DNA from: Octopus vulgaris
Taxonomy: Eukaryota
Assembly: GCA_951406725.2 (NCBI GenBank)
Contig: OX597818.1
Coordinates: 144,584,001-144,648,000, forward strand
Direction: 5' to 3'
DNA length: 64,000 bases
Part shown: piece after piece, positions 12,363 to 27,039 of the stretch
How the letters are laid out: each line of letters opens with the position of its first letter
Numbering within the stretch: position 1 is the first letter of the stretch
The notes under the pieces: generated by a model
What the model was told of the DNA's origin: nothing
Databases searched by the model: none
The model's input: only the letters and a program-made list of their open reading frames with translations
Made by a program: the position numbers and the translations under genes

Positions 12363-15324
12363 TTATTCATAAAATAAATAGGCAGCAAATTGTCAGTCAT
12401 TAGAGCATCAGATAGACTATGTTCGTCTTCTTCCAGTTCTGTGTCTTCTGTATTCAGATCTTACTGAAGTTGACTTTGCCTTTCATTCTTTTAGGGTCAG
12501 TAAAGTACCAGTCCTTTACTGAGTTGAATTCCTCTTCCTATACCCATACCACTCTTTGAGAAATTGGCTGTGTCCAGTTTTAGAGAAGGATTGGCCCCAC
12601 TAAGTTTAAAGTGGTGAAACACTATATGGCTGTGGATTTAAGAGACTGAGGTCCCAAGGAAATGAGGAAAATAAGTGTTGATAATGAAATACCAGTCGAA
12701 TTCAGGAAATTCTTTTTAGCAGCTCAAAACAACCAGTTCCATTGTCATTAAGATTTATCAGGGACCACTTACTCTCTCGCCTCTGCATACCAATATAAAG
12801 TCCCTGAAGGCTTCTTCTTAAAATGTAAACAAAACTGTGACAGAGACAACTCATACACAAGGCTTATAGCTTGACATAAATTACTGGAGTACCAACCAAC
12901 AACATATCTGGCAAACACTTAAATGTGTGTGTGTGCCTATGTCTGTATTTGTTTTATTTTTGCTATATCTAGACCTAGAATTAAATACAGACTGTAAAAA
13001 TGTAAAATGTTTCTCCAATAGAGTAGCTAATCTGAGATTTAACACATAAAATGTTATTCATTACCAGCCAGCTGACCCAAACTTCAGATAAAGATACAAT
13101 TCAGTATTGAAGTATTGTAAGAGAGACCAATGTGAATCACTGAGAGACAGGATTTTTTGATATACATGACATACACTGGCAAAAATAGGTGGGGTGGCAG
13201 GAATGGTAGTTATTGTCTTTGTCTTTTCTCTGAACATCAGTGAACTAAGTCAAATGGTTCCAGCAGGAAATTAAAACCTAAATTACTTAGTATAGTATGA
13301 CCATCTGTATGCAGTGGTGTGTATATGTATGTATTTGTGTATATATCTGTGCATTTGTGTAATTGTATACACATATTGGTATATTTATCTACATATTTTT
13401 TGCACACTCTCTCTCACAGACACATATACACATACATAAATATATATATACAGATGTATTTGTACATATGTGACTATCTCAGAGAGGATAGATAGCACCT
13501 GACCTGAGGAAATTGAGTTTTTGGTTATATATATATGATGAATTTGGAATGTGTATGTGTAATTAAGTAAACTTTTACTGTACAGAGAATCTGTATACAG
13601 TTATATCGAAAGTGTAATGAATGCTTGCTCCCTTGTGTAATGATTAATAAGCAAACTCAGGTAGCCAGTGTTAGATAATCAAATGTCTGTATACTCTTTC
13701 AGTTGTTCTATTTACATACGTATAAATTATTCATATGCAATTTCTGTTACATGGCTTGATTTCTGTATTTCTTTTCAATTACGTTATTACACATGTGTAT
13801 CAAAATTTATATAACAAAGAGTGGTGAGGGCTCTATCCTTTTCTGGCAACAAGGCAGCCATACTCATTCATGCTGGTGCAACTGTAAAATGCACCCAGTT
13901 CCCTTTGTAACATAGTTGGTTTTAGGAAAAGCATTCAGCTGTAGAAATTGTTTCCGAATGAAACACCCAAGTGAGGCATGATCCCTGGCCCATCTAGAAG
14001 AGCATTAACTCCAAATAAGAACTTGTGAAATGAAGGGTCAGTAACCCTGTCTTTGATAGACCCTCTGAGACTGCTGTTGCTGATAGGGGCTCATGTTTCC
14101 TCTGAATATCTGTTAATTGCTAACTGCAAGAAGAGAATTCCAGAGGGTTGGAAAAAGAATTAGACGTCATGGTTAGAATGGAGTTGAAAGGTAGGGATAC
14201 AATATAGCTGATGGGGGGAGACAAGTTGGGTTGGTTTGGATGGCTGCATATTAACTGGCTAATTTAGAGGAGCAGATGATGTAGTATTGATATAACAGAC
14301 AGTGAGGAAACAGAACATTTGTAGACAAGTTATTATGTGTTGGTAAGCAACTCTTTACCAATCAGTTGAATGCCCCCCCCCCCCTTTTTTTTAAATGCAA
14401 TCTCAGTTGTATGGATAGCAGCAAGAACAGCAGTAGAATTCCAGATATATATGGAACAGTATTCTGTTGTGTGTCTTTCTAGAGATTTCTATACCAAGTT
14501 CCCTTTAATTGCCCATACTTCTTCACCATAAAAATATAACACCCTTTATCAAAGAAATAAGTATTTAGTACGAATTCTCAGTTATTAACTATATACAACA
14601 TGTTCATACATGGCTATACACATGCATGGAAACATACTACATTTAATCATATTCATAAATACACACAGAAATTGATTCTTTCTACCTTATCATGCCAATA
14701 ATTTTATTTCATATCTTCATACTTCAATTTAATTTCCTCTGATATAAGATTTACATAACTCTCTGTCTTAATCTACTTGGAAACTGAAAATTTAATCAGC
14801 TGCTGCAAGGTTATTTAGTTAAGGAAGAATATCTCCTTGAATCAGACTGTGGGAAGTTTTCAGTTTCAGTAATAAAGCAACTCTGATAACTACAAGAAGC
14901 TTTTAAGTTCTGCTGGCTGATTTAGGTTGGTTACTTTGTTGTTATGGAGATATTAACCGGATCACATAAGTATGTTTGTGTAGGGACGTATCTGGTTCCT
15001 CTAACCAAAACAAGGTAATTTTGGTCTGATACTTTGTTATGGATTTGTTACCGGATCACATAAATGTGTTTGCATAGGAATGTATCTGGTTGCTCTGTTG
15101 CTTTAACTGGTACACATTTGCATATACATTATATTAATTGGATAAGTGAGTGGGTGAGGCTATCCCAAGTTGTATCAATTACATGTTTATATGAACCATG
15201 TCAGATCAGATGGGTTAATCATACCCCATTTACAGAATCATGTGGGCTTCATGATGTGGATTATGGATGAAATATTTACATCAACTGCATATAGCTGAAT
15301 ATGTTTTGGGCTATCTGATATGTG

Positions 15325-15465
15325 AAGATGCATGCTTTAGTGTTTAGGATGTTCTGCTCATGATCATAAAGCCCTGGGTTCAGTTCCTGGACCAAGTGCT
15401 ACACTGTGTCTTAGAGCAAGTTACTTCATTTCACATTGCTCCAGTCTGTTCAGTCTGTAATGAAC
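15325..15465 (+). mobile_element. CORE-type SINE, second tRNA-head family (related copies near 880-1000, 41670-41800 and 52140-52370)
   Basis: gggttcagttcctgg B-box followed by tgtgtcttagagcaagttacttcatttcacattgctccagtc (CORE-like). Confidence 0.65.
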
Positions 15466-17608
15466 ACCATTTAACTGTTGATATAGCTCTCTGTCTGTCT
15501 GTCTGTCTGTCTGTCTCCCCACCCCCCGCTTCCAGCTGTCACTTCCTGGATGATCTGCTGAGTCAAGAGTGAAATGTCAGAGGACACCTATGTCTGCTTG
15601 CAACAACATAGCTACCTAAAAAACACACACACACACAAAAACAAAAGAGCATGGTACAAGCTGCCAAGTCCTACTTGCTTGCAAGTCATGGCTTTGGTTG
15701 ACTGGTTATTTGAATCATGGTTTGTCTAATAAACTGTTCGTAATAAACATGAGCAAACCCAAGAGAGAGAGAGAGAGAGAGCACACAGCAGTTTAAAATA
15801 GTGAGTGACTTGAAAGAAGGCTGAGAAATCTTTATTCTTTGTTATGTCTTTGGTCAAAGCAGCTCTTAACTATTAAATCCACCTACTTAACTGTAAAGTA
15901 GGTAATGCACTTTTGAAAGTAGTAGGTACATGGTAGAAATGAGATACTTCCCTGGGCCACAGAGATGGATTCAATTATTGAAGTAAAAAAAATTAAGTAC
16001 CAGGTTTCTGATTCATTTGATTGTGGTTCAAACCAGCTGTAGCTCTCAATGTATTTCCAATCAAAGTACCTTTACAATGCATCAGCTAATTAGAGTGAGC
16101 TGTCAGGAAATGTTATCCATGTTAGACTAGCATTCTATGTACTTAAAACTATGAAATTAGAGCTATGGCTTTCAAAAGAATTATAGGAAACGTATATCTA
16201 TGACATTTACAGGGTTGTATTGCAGTTCATCTTTCATGATGATTCTGTGTATATATATCATTTCATTGCCAGAACAAACAACAGAATTATAGGTGTCAGA
16301 TTTCTATTTAGGTAATTGCAGGAAAAATGTTCACTGGGAACAAACGGATAGTTTCCTTTTATCTTCCATTATTTCATCTGTTGAGATCCAATGTCTTGGG
16401 ATATGAATCAGCTCTTCTTTACATACCTTCTTCTGTTATAGCCACCTCAATATATTTTTAAAATCATTTCCTAAATTCAGGACTATATTCGTCTGGTTAA
16501 CTTAAGGTTGCAGCAATTCAGATCTTGAAACATTTTAATGTCAGAAATTAATAAATTATAAACAGAACATTAAATTTTAGTTTTGTAAAGGTTTTTGGTT
16601 AAAAGACATTTGTCATCATCACAATCTGTTTGTCAACAGTTTGTCATCATCACAATCCGCTCTCTTCGTTTGTTGATATAGAGAAAAGAATAAACAAATG
16701 ACCAATTAAATTTTATAGTTTATCTTTTTCTTATTCTCTTTCAGAGATGAAATAATTGGGAAAATACAAATAAAGAAATTAAATGAATAAATAATAAAAG
16801 CACCCCTAGACTATTAGTGACATTTGTTGTTGTTGTTGTTGTGTGTATGCATGTATGTATATGCATGTGTGTGTAAAACTGTCCTTTAAAATAACCTAAA
16901 ATTCTTTTTGTAAAGAGAACGAAAAAATTTGTGAGTAAATGCAATTTTAAAATGATTGACATGTTGGTATTTAAATTTAAAATAAACAACTGAAATTTTG
17001 TGTGTGTACACAGGGTAGGATGGGGGCTAACTAAAATAATATTTTCTAATTACCTGGTTTATTAATATCCTGTATGTGTTACTAAATATAGATTTGAATT
17101 GCCAAAATACTTTTGTAAAAATAAATGGATATTAATGCTGGATAAGTATCTCATATGTAATTGCCGTCCCTTTTTTAAAGTCTAGCTGACATTTAAAAGT
17201 CCACCTGCTTGAATGGGATGTCAGTCTATCATTTGATGTGGCCCCCTCCACACACACACACTCAGGTGCGCACACCTGTGACCGATACTCATTTTCAGTG
17301 GAGTGGTCTGAAGCAGCATGAGGTGAATGTGCCCTTCAGCCTGACAATTGAACTCATGACCCATAGAACCCAACAACTCAAAACTCTATGCTATATGCTT
17401 TCAGGGTGTTGGTACAACTCTGTCAGAATGATGATGGTAAGGTGGTAGATGGCAGGATCAATAAAGTATCAGACAAAACAGTGATAGGTCACACAGCTGG
17501 TAGATTGTCATATTCCATTCCACAGATGAACTTCACTTTCATCCAATAAAAGAAGCCTCTCTCAAGTACTTCTATATCCCAATCTACACATTCTGTGGAT
17601 TTTGTCTA

Positions 17609-17774
17609 TAAGCCTTTAGCATTTAAACTGGTCATATCTAGCTCAAATATAATACCTGTTTTATGTTCAGATTGGCCAGATCCAACTTCTCACACCTACT
17701 CTACAATGTTATTTGTGAATAAATAAGCATCAGATTTGACAGATTTGACAGTTATCTGAATGCTAAAGCATTAA
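17609..17774. mobile_element. piggyBac-like MITE
   Basis: Inverted termini taagcCTTTAGCATTtaaa ... tctgAATGCTAAAGcattaa with TTAA-like flanks. Confidence 0.55.
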
Positions 17775-18079
17775 GTTAGAAATCATTATTATTAGTACTG
17801 CTACATCACTGAATTCTGGGATTTCTTTGATTGACAGCATTGGCTTCAGGCCTCAAATGTTGGGTAATGAATGTAATTAGGCAGATTACCTCTAATCATT
17901 TCTGTCAATCCCAGAAGGATGAAAGGCAGAGTAGACTTGTACAGGACTTGAAATCAGGATGTAAAAGAAGTCTTAACTAAAATCCTCAAGACATTTTGTC
18001 TAATGCTCTAAAGATTTTGATAAACTACCATCCTAATGGTGTTACTCAATATTCCTGGCTAATATCCCCATATTTGTGA

Positions 18080-18462
18080 CATCATCATCATCGTTTAACA
18101 TCCGCTTTCCATGCTAGCATGGGTTGGACGGTTCAACTGGGGTCTGGGAAGCCCGAAGGCTGCACCAGGCCAGTCAGATCTGGCGGTGTTTCTACAGCTG
18201 GATGCCCTTCCTAACGCTAACCACTCCGTGAGTGTAGTGGGTGCTTTTTATGTGCCACCGACACAGGTGCCAGACGAGGCTGGTGAACGGCCACGCTCGG
18301 ATGGTGTTTGTTATGTGCCACCAGCACGGAGGCCATTCGATGCGGTGCTGGCTACGGCCATGTTCGGATGATTCTCTTATGTGCCACCGGCACTGGTACC
18401 ACAAACTACAAATTCCATTGATGTTGATTGATTTCGATTTTGATTTGATTTTTTGATTTTTT
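18080..18462 (-). mobile_element. (GAT)n-tailed SINE, three internal modules, (AAATC)n head; same subfamily as 2903-3439
   Basis: Reverse complement is colinear with 2903-3439, including catcaatggaatttgta..ttgtggtaccagtgcc. Confidence 0.9.
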
Positions 18463-19315
18463 TATCAATATTTATTAATTTCTTACAGGTTTTTTTTATT
18501 TACTGCAATTTTACCTAGTAAAGAAAGAAAAAAATTAGTGTGGTTTAAAAAAAAGTAGGCTAGTTTCTTTTTCCTGTTAGAATAAGAAGTTATGAATGAC
18601 ACATCTACATTGCTTGTGTAATGTCAATGTAATGCTATATGAATACTATTTCTACCACTATAACTTTATGACACCAATGAAATAGTAAGATATGGGAACC
18701 TTTAATATGTGATGGAAGAAACAAATTATTAAGTCTTCTGAAGAAATGTTGAAGGCTGCAATTTTGCAAGGGAGACATATCAATTGACTCTCCACTTTTA
18801 TCCTAACAGGATAAAAGGCAAAGACATAAATTAGAATCTCAGACATTGTTTGTCTTTTATTCTACAATTTTACTCTCTTGATGGACGGTAATATTTATTG
18901 TTTTGTCACAAGAACAAAAAAAAAATATGGAGACTCACAGATAATTGAATATATTTTATCACTACTAGTACTTACTTCAGTGACTTGAAAGAATGAAAGA
19001 CTAAGTTGGTCCTAGTAAGATTTGAATTCACAACGTAAATGACAATGACCAAATAACTAGAGCTTTACAAATTCTTTTATTCCTGTCCTCTTAAGAACAG
19101 TAATCCTCCTCCTACCATCTCATCATCATTATCTTCATTTTGCATCTAATTTTCTATGCTGGCATGAGTTGGATGAATTTTATGAGGCAATTTTTAGTTG
19201 CTTTTGACAAATCATAGAGACATGGTGTACCTATCCTACAATGGGGGTATGCACAGGATATGAACAATGAAGTTGTAAATCATTTAATTCTGGGGATCTT
19301 TACAATTGTTTTGGG

Positions 19316-19350
<35 letters not shown>

Positions 19351-22300
19351 AGCAGGGATGGGGTAAAGACCGGCAATTAGACAAAGTAACTTGTTGGTTG
19401 TTACCCCCACAGTTATGTGGGTAACGTGTATTATGACACTTAAATATGTCTAATCTCGTTGTGAATGTTTTTCTTTGCTTAAAACTTATCTTAAAAGTTA
19501 GCACAAAAATTTGGCAACTTGAACTATTACTATTTTTGGCCTATTTAGATCTTTTCTGGTGCTCTCTTGTTAAGTATTGGTTGGGTATCTTTTAGATATT
19601 GATAGATTTCATGTCTAGCTTTTATATACCCACGTCTCTTTTTTTCCCCTCTTACCTATGGCTGGTACATGTCTTTGATAATGTTCTGTGATTGAAATTC
19701 AAGATAGAATTACTTTGTTATTGGTGCCCTTAGGAGAAAATCATGAACTCCATTACTTCAGATACCTTTTACATATTTCATAATCTTATTGTTATATTAC
19801 TTGTTAATATATATAAAAAAAAAACTGCCATGAATTGTGAAGTTTTGAATATAGATTGACTGTCAAAAGTTTGTTAAAAACATTATTAAATTCTGAATAA
19901 CACAAGGAATATTTTCTCATTCATTAAAAACAAAACAGACCATCAAATGTTAAAATAAACGATCCTGGTATTAATTAAAGCATGTTTCTTTTTTCTCATC
20001 AAAGCCATAATTATACTAATTTTTGCATTTATTATAGGATTGGTAAAATTTTGAATTAATTTTGAAGTACAATTTTTTCTATCAAAATTATTGTTTTTCT
20101 TTTTTTAAAATACTTGGTATCATATCTAATTATTTACAATATATTTTATTTTACACTAACATGCTATTCAAAATTGTTCTCTTCTCCATTGTTTAAACTT
20201 GATAGAAATAACCAAGAGCAAATATGTTTAGACCAAAACTGAATATACAATCTTATTCTGATTTTTATAATTATACAAGATTTTTCACATAGAGATAACT
20301 ATTTTTCAAATGAGTAAGATGTGCAGTTTGGTGGAAGGCACTGTCATGTCACATTCCTGGAAATGCCTTAAAATAATCAAGAAACTAGGGTCTAACATTA
20401 TCCAAAGCCATCTGTAGTTAATAAATTTGAGTTTTAAACCCAAATTCATTAGTGACCATATATACTAATGTATAGGTCAACTTTGAGACTAATTTTTAAA
20501 CCTGTGTAGTGGATTGGCTACACCCCAAGTCTGCAGTTATTCTCTAGGCTCAAAATAGTTTCAGTTTTGAAAGAATATCTACATAATATTTGACTTCCAC
20601 CTCAGTTATAAACTTAAAAATTGATCTTCAAAAGTATTAACCTTGGCATGGATATATTATACTGGCTAATTGAATGTTTATGATATCATATATATGAAAA
20701 TAATAAATAAACAAAATATTTTTGATACTGTACATGAACATAGTAAATGGTTTTAAAGAAAAGTAATTGATTTAATCTTTATTAGTGTTGATCCTAACCA
20801 GAATAAATGGCTTAAGAACTAAATTAAGAATTTGCTATATTTATCTGTAAACAATTTTAGTTATATATTAATCTTATGGAATCTCCTCTGAAAGTAGCTG
20901 CTGAGCCTTCTATAAGACTGCAGTTCTTATCAGTTCCAAAGAACCAGATGTTATAACCTTAGTTTTTGTCTGATAATATTACGTATTCCACATAACATTT
21001 ACTAACCCTGGGAAGTTATTTCCAGTGAGTGGATTTTTTTTAAAAACAAAACTGAAAAGTGGAAATAAATTTTAGATAAATGCATGTTTAAAAGAAGGAA
21101 TCGGGTAAAATGTGTGGTATGTGACCTGGGAAGTGAAGCATATTATTGATAAAAGAGAAGAGAAATAGATATGATTTGTTGTTTAAACTGAGACCTGTGC
21201 TGTGATGAAAGGTGTGCTAGCCATGATCATACTGTTTTATTTTCAAACACAGTATATTTAGGACTACATTATCTTTCAGCCTTGCCTTGTTTAAACCAGT
21301 AGCATGGGACTTGAAGAATATTGGACTACTATTTGTTGTAGTTTGAGCGATCTTGTAGAAGTTAGAGGATATGATGGGCATTTTAAATGGGAGTGACCCA
21401 GAACAAGGAAGTAGTGAAGAGATAATGGAAAAGCAATTCATCAGTGTACAACAGATTTGAGGCATTTTATGACTGGTTTACTTTCTCATTAGAGACTGGT
21501 CCATTAAACTGTTGTAGTAGTTGGTTTAACAGTAGACTATTGCATATACTTGAATAGAAAAAAAAAAATTGTTAGACCAGAAGGGTCAAATATTACATTG
21601 ATTCTACTCTTGAGACACTGAAATTCAAAGAACATTCCAAATTGATGTATCAGTAGCAGAACTCCAAATAATTTCTTAAATGAATAAAAATGGGTGGAGG
21701 AGAGAAAAACTAAATAAACTACAGAATTATATTGGTAAATATATATATCATCTAACTTATATAATAAATATTGTGATGTAAGATAGCAAATTGGCAGCTT
21801 TGTTAGTGTTAGATAGAATACTTTTTGCTATTTATTTTGACTCTGAGTTCACATTCTACTGAAGTTAACTTTTTGTATCTCTTTGGGGATGATTAAAAAA
21901 AGTACCAGTTCAGAATGATACTGTTTAAGTTGGTCAAAATGCTTTACAGTATCTTGCATTCTGACAGCAACACCTGGGATGCCACTGTTACCAAGTTGTA
22001 TCAGTCTAAGTTAGTGGATTTTCCTTAAACATCAATGGAATGCAGAGGAAGATTTGCATTCATGGCCAACAGCTAGTTTTCTTCAAAACATGCCTCAACA
22101 TACTTATGCAGATACAAGCTCCACATCGACTGCTGGAGGCCTTATGTGATGATGTGATGTATTTTTTACCACATTAATCATAATACAGTTATTGTAATGT
22201 TTCCTTGATGTTGAAATTGAGAAATCCCTAATGTAATGTTTCAGTAAATTGTACGTTAAAATGTATAATAATGGGAGGAGAAATTTATTTCCCTATAGTA

Positions 22301-23307
22301 ACATTTATACTCTGGATAATTCTTCAACTAGTAAATGTAAATCTGTTACCTATTAAAAATTAGTTTTGACTTTTACATGTGGAGAATTCCAAATTGTGAA
22401 ACCCCTAAAAACCAGCTGATATTTGCCTAAGTTCAACTTTTGAGTTTATACAGTATATATTTTGTTGATTAATCAACTGATCATTGAAGAATTAATAGCT
22501 TAAGTATTTCTTAATTACCAGCCATAGCCATGTAATTTGATTTCATTTGTAATTTAGAGAATATTTTGAGATAATTGCTTTAAATTCTTGGTTGAAGAAA
22601 AAATATTTGCACTTGGTAAAATCACATTTGAATTAAGTAGTTGAGAAATAGCCAACTTGGCATGAAATTTCTTCATTAATGTTTTGATTCCAAAAAAAAG
22701 AATGTTTTGGCTAGTTTTGGTTATACATTTTTGTTTTCCAAAATGTTTACATTGAAATGGTTAATTTTATGCAAGCATAAAGAAGAAGAAAAAAAGACCA
22801 TAATTAAACAAAACTGCTCTTGTATTTTTAATTAATCTCAAAACAGCCATTATGGTGATTGTGTTTTTTTTTCCTGAATAATTTAGAAACTAAATTTTTA
22901 AAAGTATTTTCATATATTTTTCTCTAATTTAGAAAATATTGTAAAAAGAAGTAAAAATCAATTAAAAGAAATTATTTGTTATGAAAGGAATAATAGTAAT
23001 TGCAAATAAAGTATTACCTGATTTTTAAACATTTATTTTTAATTCAGAAAGTAGTTTAAAGTGAAATAAAAATCCTTTTATTATTATACATTTTAAATTC
23101 TTTTTAATTAACTTTAAAAGCATTTAAGTGTAAAGTAATACTCAATTTTTTTTAATTATTAAAAGGAAAATATTTGGAAGTGAATATTCATTTTTAGACA
23201 TTAAATGTGTTTGTATAATTTAGTAAATATTTGAAAATTTAGGAATGTACAATTACATAATTATACTAACTGTTATCCTAATTACTTGCCTGATCTGATC
23301 TTTTCAG

Positions 23308-23493
23308 AAATATAATATACCAGTAGTTAACAACTATGCTGTGGCGCCACACCATTCTGGTGTCTACCCTGTACATGAACCACTCTATGAAGCCTGGCAC
23401 AAAGTGTGGAATATCACTGTGTCTAGTACAGAAGAATATTTACACTTGAGACCTGCAAGGCGAAGAAGAGGATTTTTCTATCGGGGTATTAAG
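23308..23493 (+). CDS. NDST: NDST internal exon (N-deacetylase domain), 186 nt, phase 0-0; first NDST exon visible in the window
   Basis: ttttcag|AAA...AAG|gtaaac; translates [62 protein letters not shown], matching the NDST motif [19 protein letters not shown]. Confidence 0.97.
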
Positions 23494-24519
23494 GTAAACA
23501 AAAATGAGAAATAGCTTGTTATATAAGTCTTTTCACTTGGCAGTAGAGTGACATTGTTGTTGAGTCCCAAGTCAGCCCTGGCAGGAGCAATAGTGGTGGA
23601 TAAAATGTCTTGTGACATTTGTTTCAACACTTAGGTTCTGAGATCAAATCCTACAAGGACTGTTACTTTAATTTCACTGAACCTGGAAAGGGCAATAAAA
23701 TAAAGTATCTTCCTTTTGACTAAAAGAATTATAAGATATAGAAATGAAACTAAATACTGTAAGGTATTTATTTCAGTATTGACAATACTACTGTCAGATT
23801 TCTAGAATATGACCTTTACAGCCTTGTGGTTAATTCAACTCATGTAGTTGCTGTGAAGCCATCTTGTTAAAGTGCATTTGTACTAAACACATTTGTAGTA
23901 ACAGTTTACTATGAACAATGAATAAATGCAATAAAATAAAAACTCAATGTATTTTTGAAAGAACTTTAATACAATGTGTCTGAGATGAGAACTGGCTAAA
24001 TTGTGACCTTGCTAAGTTACATACTATCAAAAGGATAAAAGTTTCAAAACTAAAAAAAATACTTTAACTTCAAGGATAACAAAATGGAAATTTAGCCCCT
24101 TATTTCCCATCAGTTTTCATTTGTCATGCACTAGAATAGTTATTATTGTTTTTGTTGTTTTGCTTGTGGTTGGTCCTAATCAGGCAGACCTTCGATGAAA
24201 AGTGTTTTAGCTCTATTCACTCTGCAATTTATTCTGACAGTGTCTTTCTAAACTATATTATGCTAAGCATTAATTTCTTTTTTAAATAGTATGATATGAG
24301 AATCATTTAGCTTCAGTTTCTTGCAGGTTAAATAACCACATGAAGGCAATCTTGTTGGTTCATCACACACACACACACAGTTTTCTCATTCTATTTAAGA
24401 GCTTTCTCATTCTGTATAAGAACATTTGCTCATTCTATGTAAGAAACTATTCATATTATTAAATAATTTAAAATTAAAATCCAGAAAGAGATCACACTCA
24501 GTATGTCAGACATTTTGTG

Positions 24520-25380
24520 TGGTTAGATTTCTCATTTCATCTCATCTTTGTGCATACTTATTCGTGGGAAGGTTGTTGGGGGCAGAGTCCTTAAGCATGC
24601 CTTCTACCGGGTCCTTTCAGGCAACTATCTCCACTTGATCCAGCTGGATCCCCCAGTGAGACCAACTGAACTCAAGGATGTTATCCAACCATTTTGCTCA
24701 CAGTGTACCCATAGGGCACCTGTTACTTAGTTTTGCTCATATATCCTGTCCAGCATTTCTTTCCCGAGACATTCTTACCACATGTCCATAGTATTGGAGC
24801 TGTGATGTTTCAATTTGGAGAAACAACAAATCTATCTGCAGCACCTCTCTGAGCTCCAAGCCACAAACTCTTTTGCATGTTGTTACTCCAAAGATCCATC
24901 TTGGTTACTTGTATTCATGATTGCATTTAGTCATTACTTAAGATTCGTGACTATAAGTAAGTGTAGGCATGAACATTGAATTGAAGATAGTGATCTTGGC
25001 TTTTACACCTATCTTCCTTTTCCCGATGACCTAATGCTGAAGCTTGTGCAGTAATGCCCAAATTCTGCAAGTCTTGCACTTAATTTAGCTTCCTGCTTTC
25101 CATTACTTGTCAAAATGGCCTCAAGATGCTTGAACTTCTCCACCTGCTTCAGTGGAACTCCACTCACCTGTAACGTGCATTGTGCAAGCTTCCTTGAGAA
25201 GATGAGCATCTCAGTCTTTGCAGCGCTGATTTTCATTCCTGCTGTGCAGTACCTGGCAGTAAACTTATGAAGTGCACCCATCAGTCTTGCTACTACTTCT
25301 AAAATTATGAACTGGAGAGGTGATAGTACACACCCTTGGTGGAGTCCAATGCCCACACAAGAATGGTTTTGATTTAGCAC
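24520..25380 (-). mobile_element. RTE-group LINE 3' fragment (RT), decayed
   Basis: GLHQGCVLSPLQF, GMKISAAKTEML, LKQVEKFKHL motifs; internal deletions and stops. Confidence 0.85.
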
Positions 25381-26182
25381 CTTTTATCTGAACACACATG
25401 CTAGGACATTCATTGGATCTCATCAGACCCAATGTAGCCAGACCACATGATCTGTGTTTATTTCTTATGACTAAGTCAGAGAATGCGGGCCTCTGAGAAT
25501 GGTGGATGAAGATGAGAATGAAATCATGGCTTATTTGTTGCTCCAGTATGCCATATGAAATTATCCTCAGACCTCACCTAAATTCTTGCTACAGGGTATC
25601 ATAATCATCATTATCATATCATTTTCCATGCTGGCATGGACTTAGCAAAACTTGCTGAGACAATACACTGAGGCTGGATGGCCTTCCTTTCACCAACTCT
25701 TACTTAAGTAAAGTACTTATTCCTCTAGTCTTTTGCTTGATGAATCACTCAACTGATAGATATGTAGACTCTGCTAAAATCATTCCAAAGTCTTGTGGTG
25801 TTAATGATGTGACTGATTAGATCTTCATCTTTGGTCAAATTGAATACAGTCTGTAGTAATCTATTCATTGACATCCAGTCGTATATATTTGTGGTAATAA
25901 TTTATTTTGTACAGAAAATGAATCAGTTCTTTATGAGAATCTAAATTAGGACATCAATGAATAGTTTGTGTGATATTTTTTTTAATTATGTTACAATGGA
26001 TGTAATTTATTGATCATTGCACCACACCATTATCAGACCAAGAAATTGTTAATAGCTTTTACAAAATCATTTATTTACTGTTAAAGATTGTTATAAATAT
26101 GGACATATTTTTCTGTATGTATGTAAACTAATTACTATATAATTGAATTTTAAACATTGTTCATGTGCATCTTTATTACATG

Positions 26183-26466
26183 CACCGCCTGACTGGCTCC
26201 TGTGTTGGCGGCATGTAAAAAGCACCATTTGAGTGTGGTCAGTGCCAGTACTGCATGACTGGCCCTTGTGCCGGTGGTATGTAAAAGCACCCACTACACT
26301 CTCAGAGTGGTTGGTGTTAGGAAGGGAATCCAGCTGTAGAATCTTTACCAGATCAGATTGGAGCCTGGTGCAGCCTTCTGGCTTGTCAGCCCTCAGTCAA
26401 ATCGTCTAACCCATGTCAGCATGGAAAATGGACGTTAAACAGCAACAATGATGATGATGATGATGA
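26183..26466 (+). mobile_element. (GAT)n-tailed SINE, two modules
   Basis: Core ggaagggaatccagctgtaga and tail gacgttaaacagcaacaatgatgatgatg. Confidence 0.9.
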
Positions 26467-26834
26467 ATGTTTGGCCAATCCTATGTAATAAACTGTTTTA
26501 CTTCTTAGTGTTTACTCTATTAATAAAGTAATATTTGAAAGCATCCAGGAATAATGGATTAAATCACCACACCATTATCTGGTAGGTTTTCTCCCAAAGT
26601 TAACCAAGTAGTATAAGTCAGTTTTCCATGAGAAAGAGCAGAGAATTTGTAACAGGTAGGATCCTTCATTGAAGACATCACCTTTTTCCCCAGGCTGGAC
26701 TACATCACTTTGACTAATAGAAGTGTCCATTACAGTTTAGTATATTTTTAAACAGTTTGATTTGTTTATTTATAACAATATTCATTCTATAATAAAAACT
26801 GTCTTATTTCATTAACTTATTTCTTTCGACTTAG

Positions 26835-26963
26835 GTTCTTCCTCGCCAAACATGTGGGCTTTATACTCACAATCTCTTAATAGACAAATACCCGGGTGGT
26901 CGTGAAAAGCTAGATGCTAGCATTCGAGGGGGAGAACTCTTCCAGACATTTCTTTACAATAAG
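26835..26963 (+). CDS. NDST: NDST exon, 129 nt, phase 0-0
   Basis: ttag|GTT...AAG|gtaaac; [43 protein letters not shown] ([15 protein letters not shown]...YPGG...GGELF). Confidence 0.97.
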
Positions 26964-27039
26964 GTAAACACAGCACTTTCTAAAGATATTTTTGTTGTAT
27001 TTAATAAATACTGAAATACATATATGTAGTTACATATAA

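Noticed and set aside
14930-15100. Diverged local duplication (gttatgga...ccggatcacataa...gtatctggtt); similar small ones at 11652-11706, 16609-16658 and 24382-24445
   Set aside because: Ordinary short tandem duplications with no further structure
21290-21460. Purine-rich stretch as a possible missing NDST exon
   Set aside because: No frame resembles NDST, and the frames I translated hit stops
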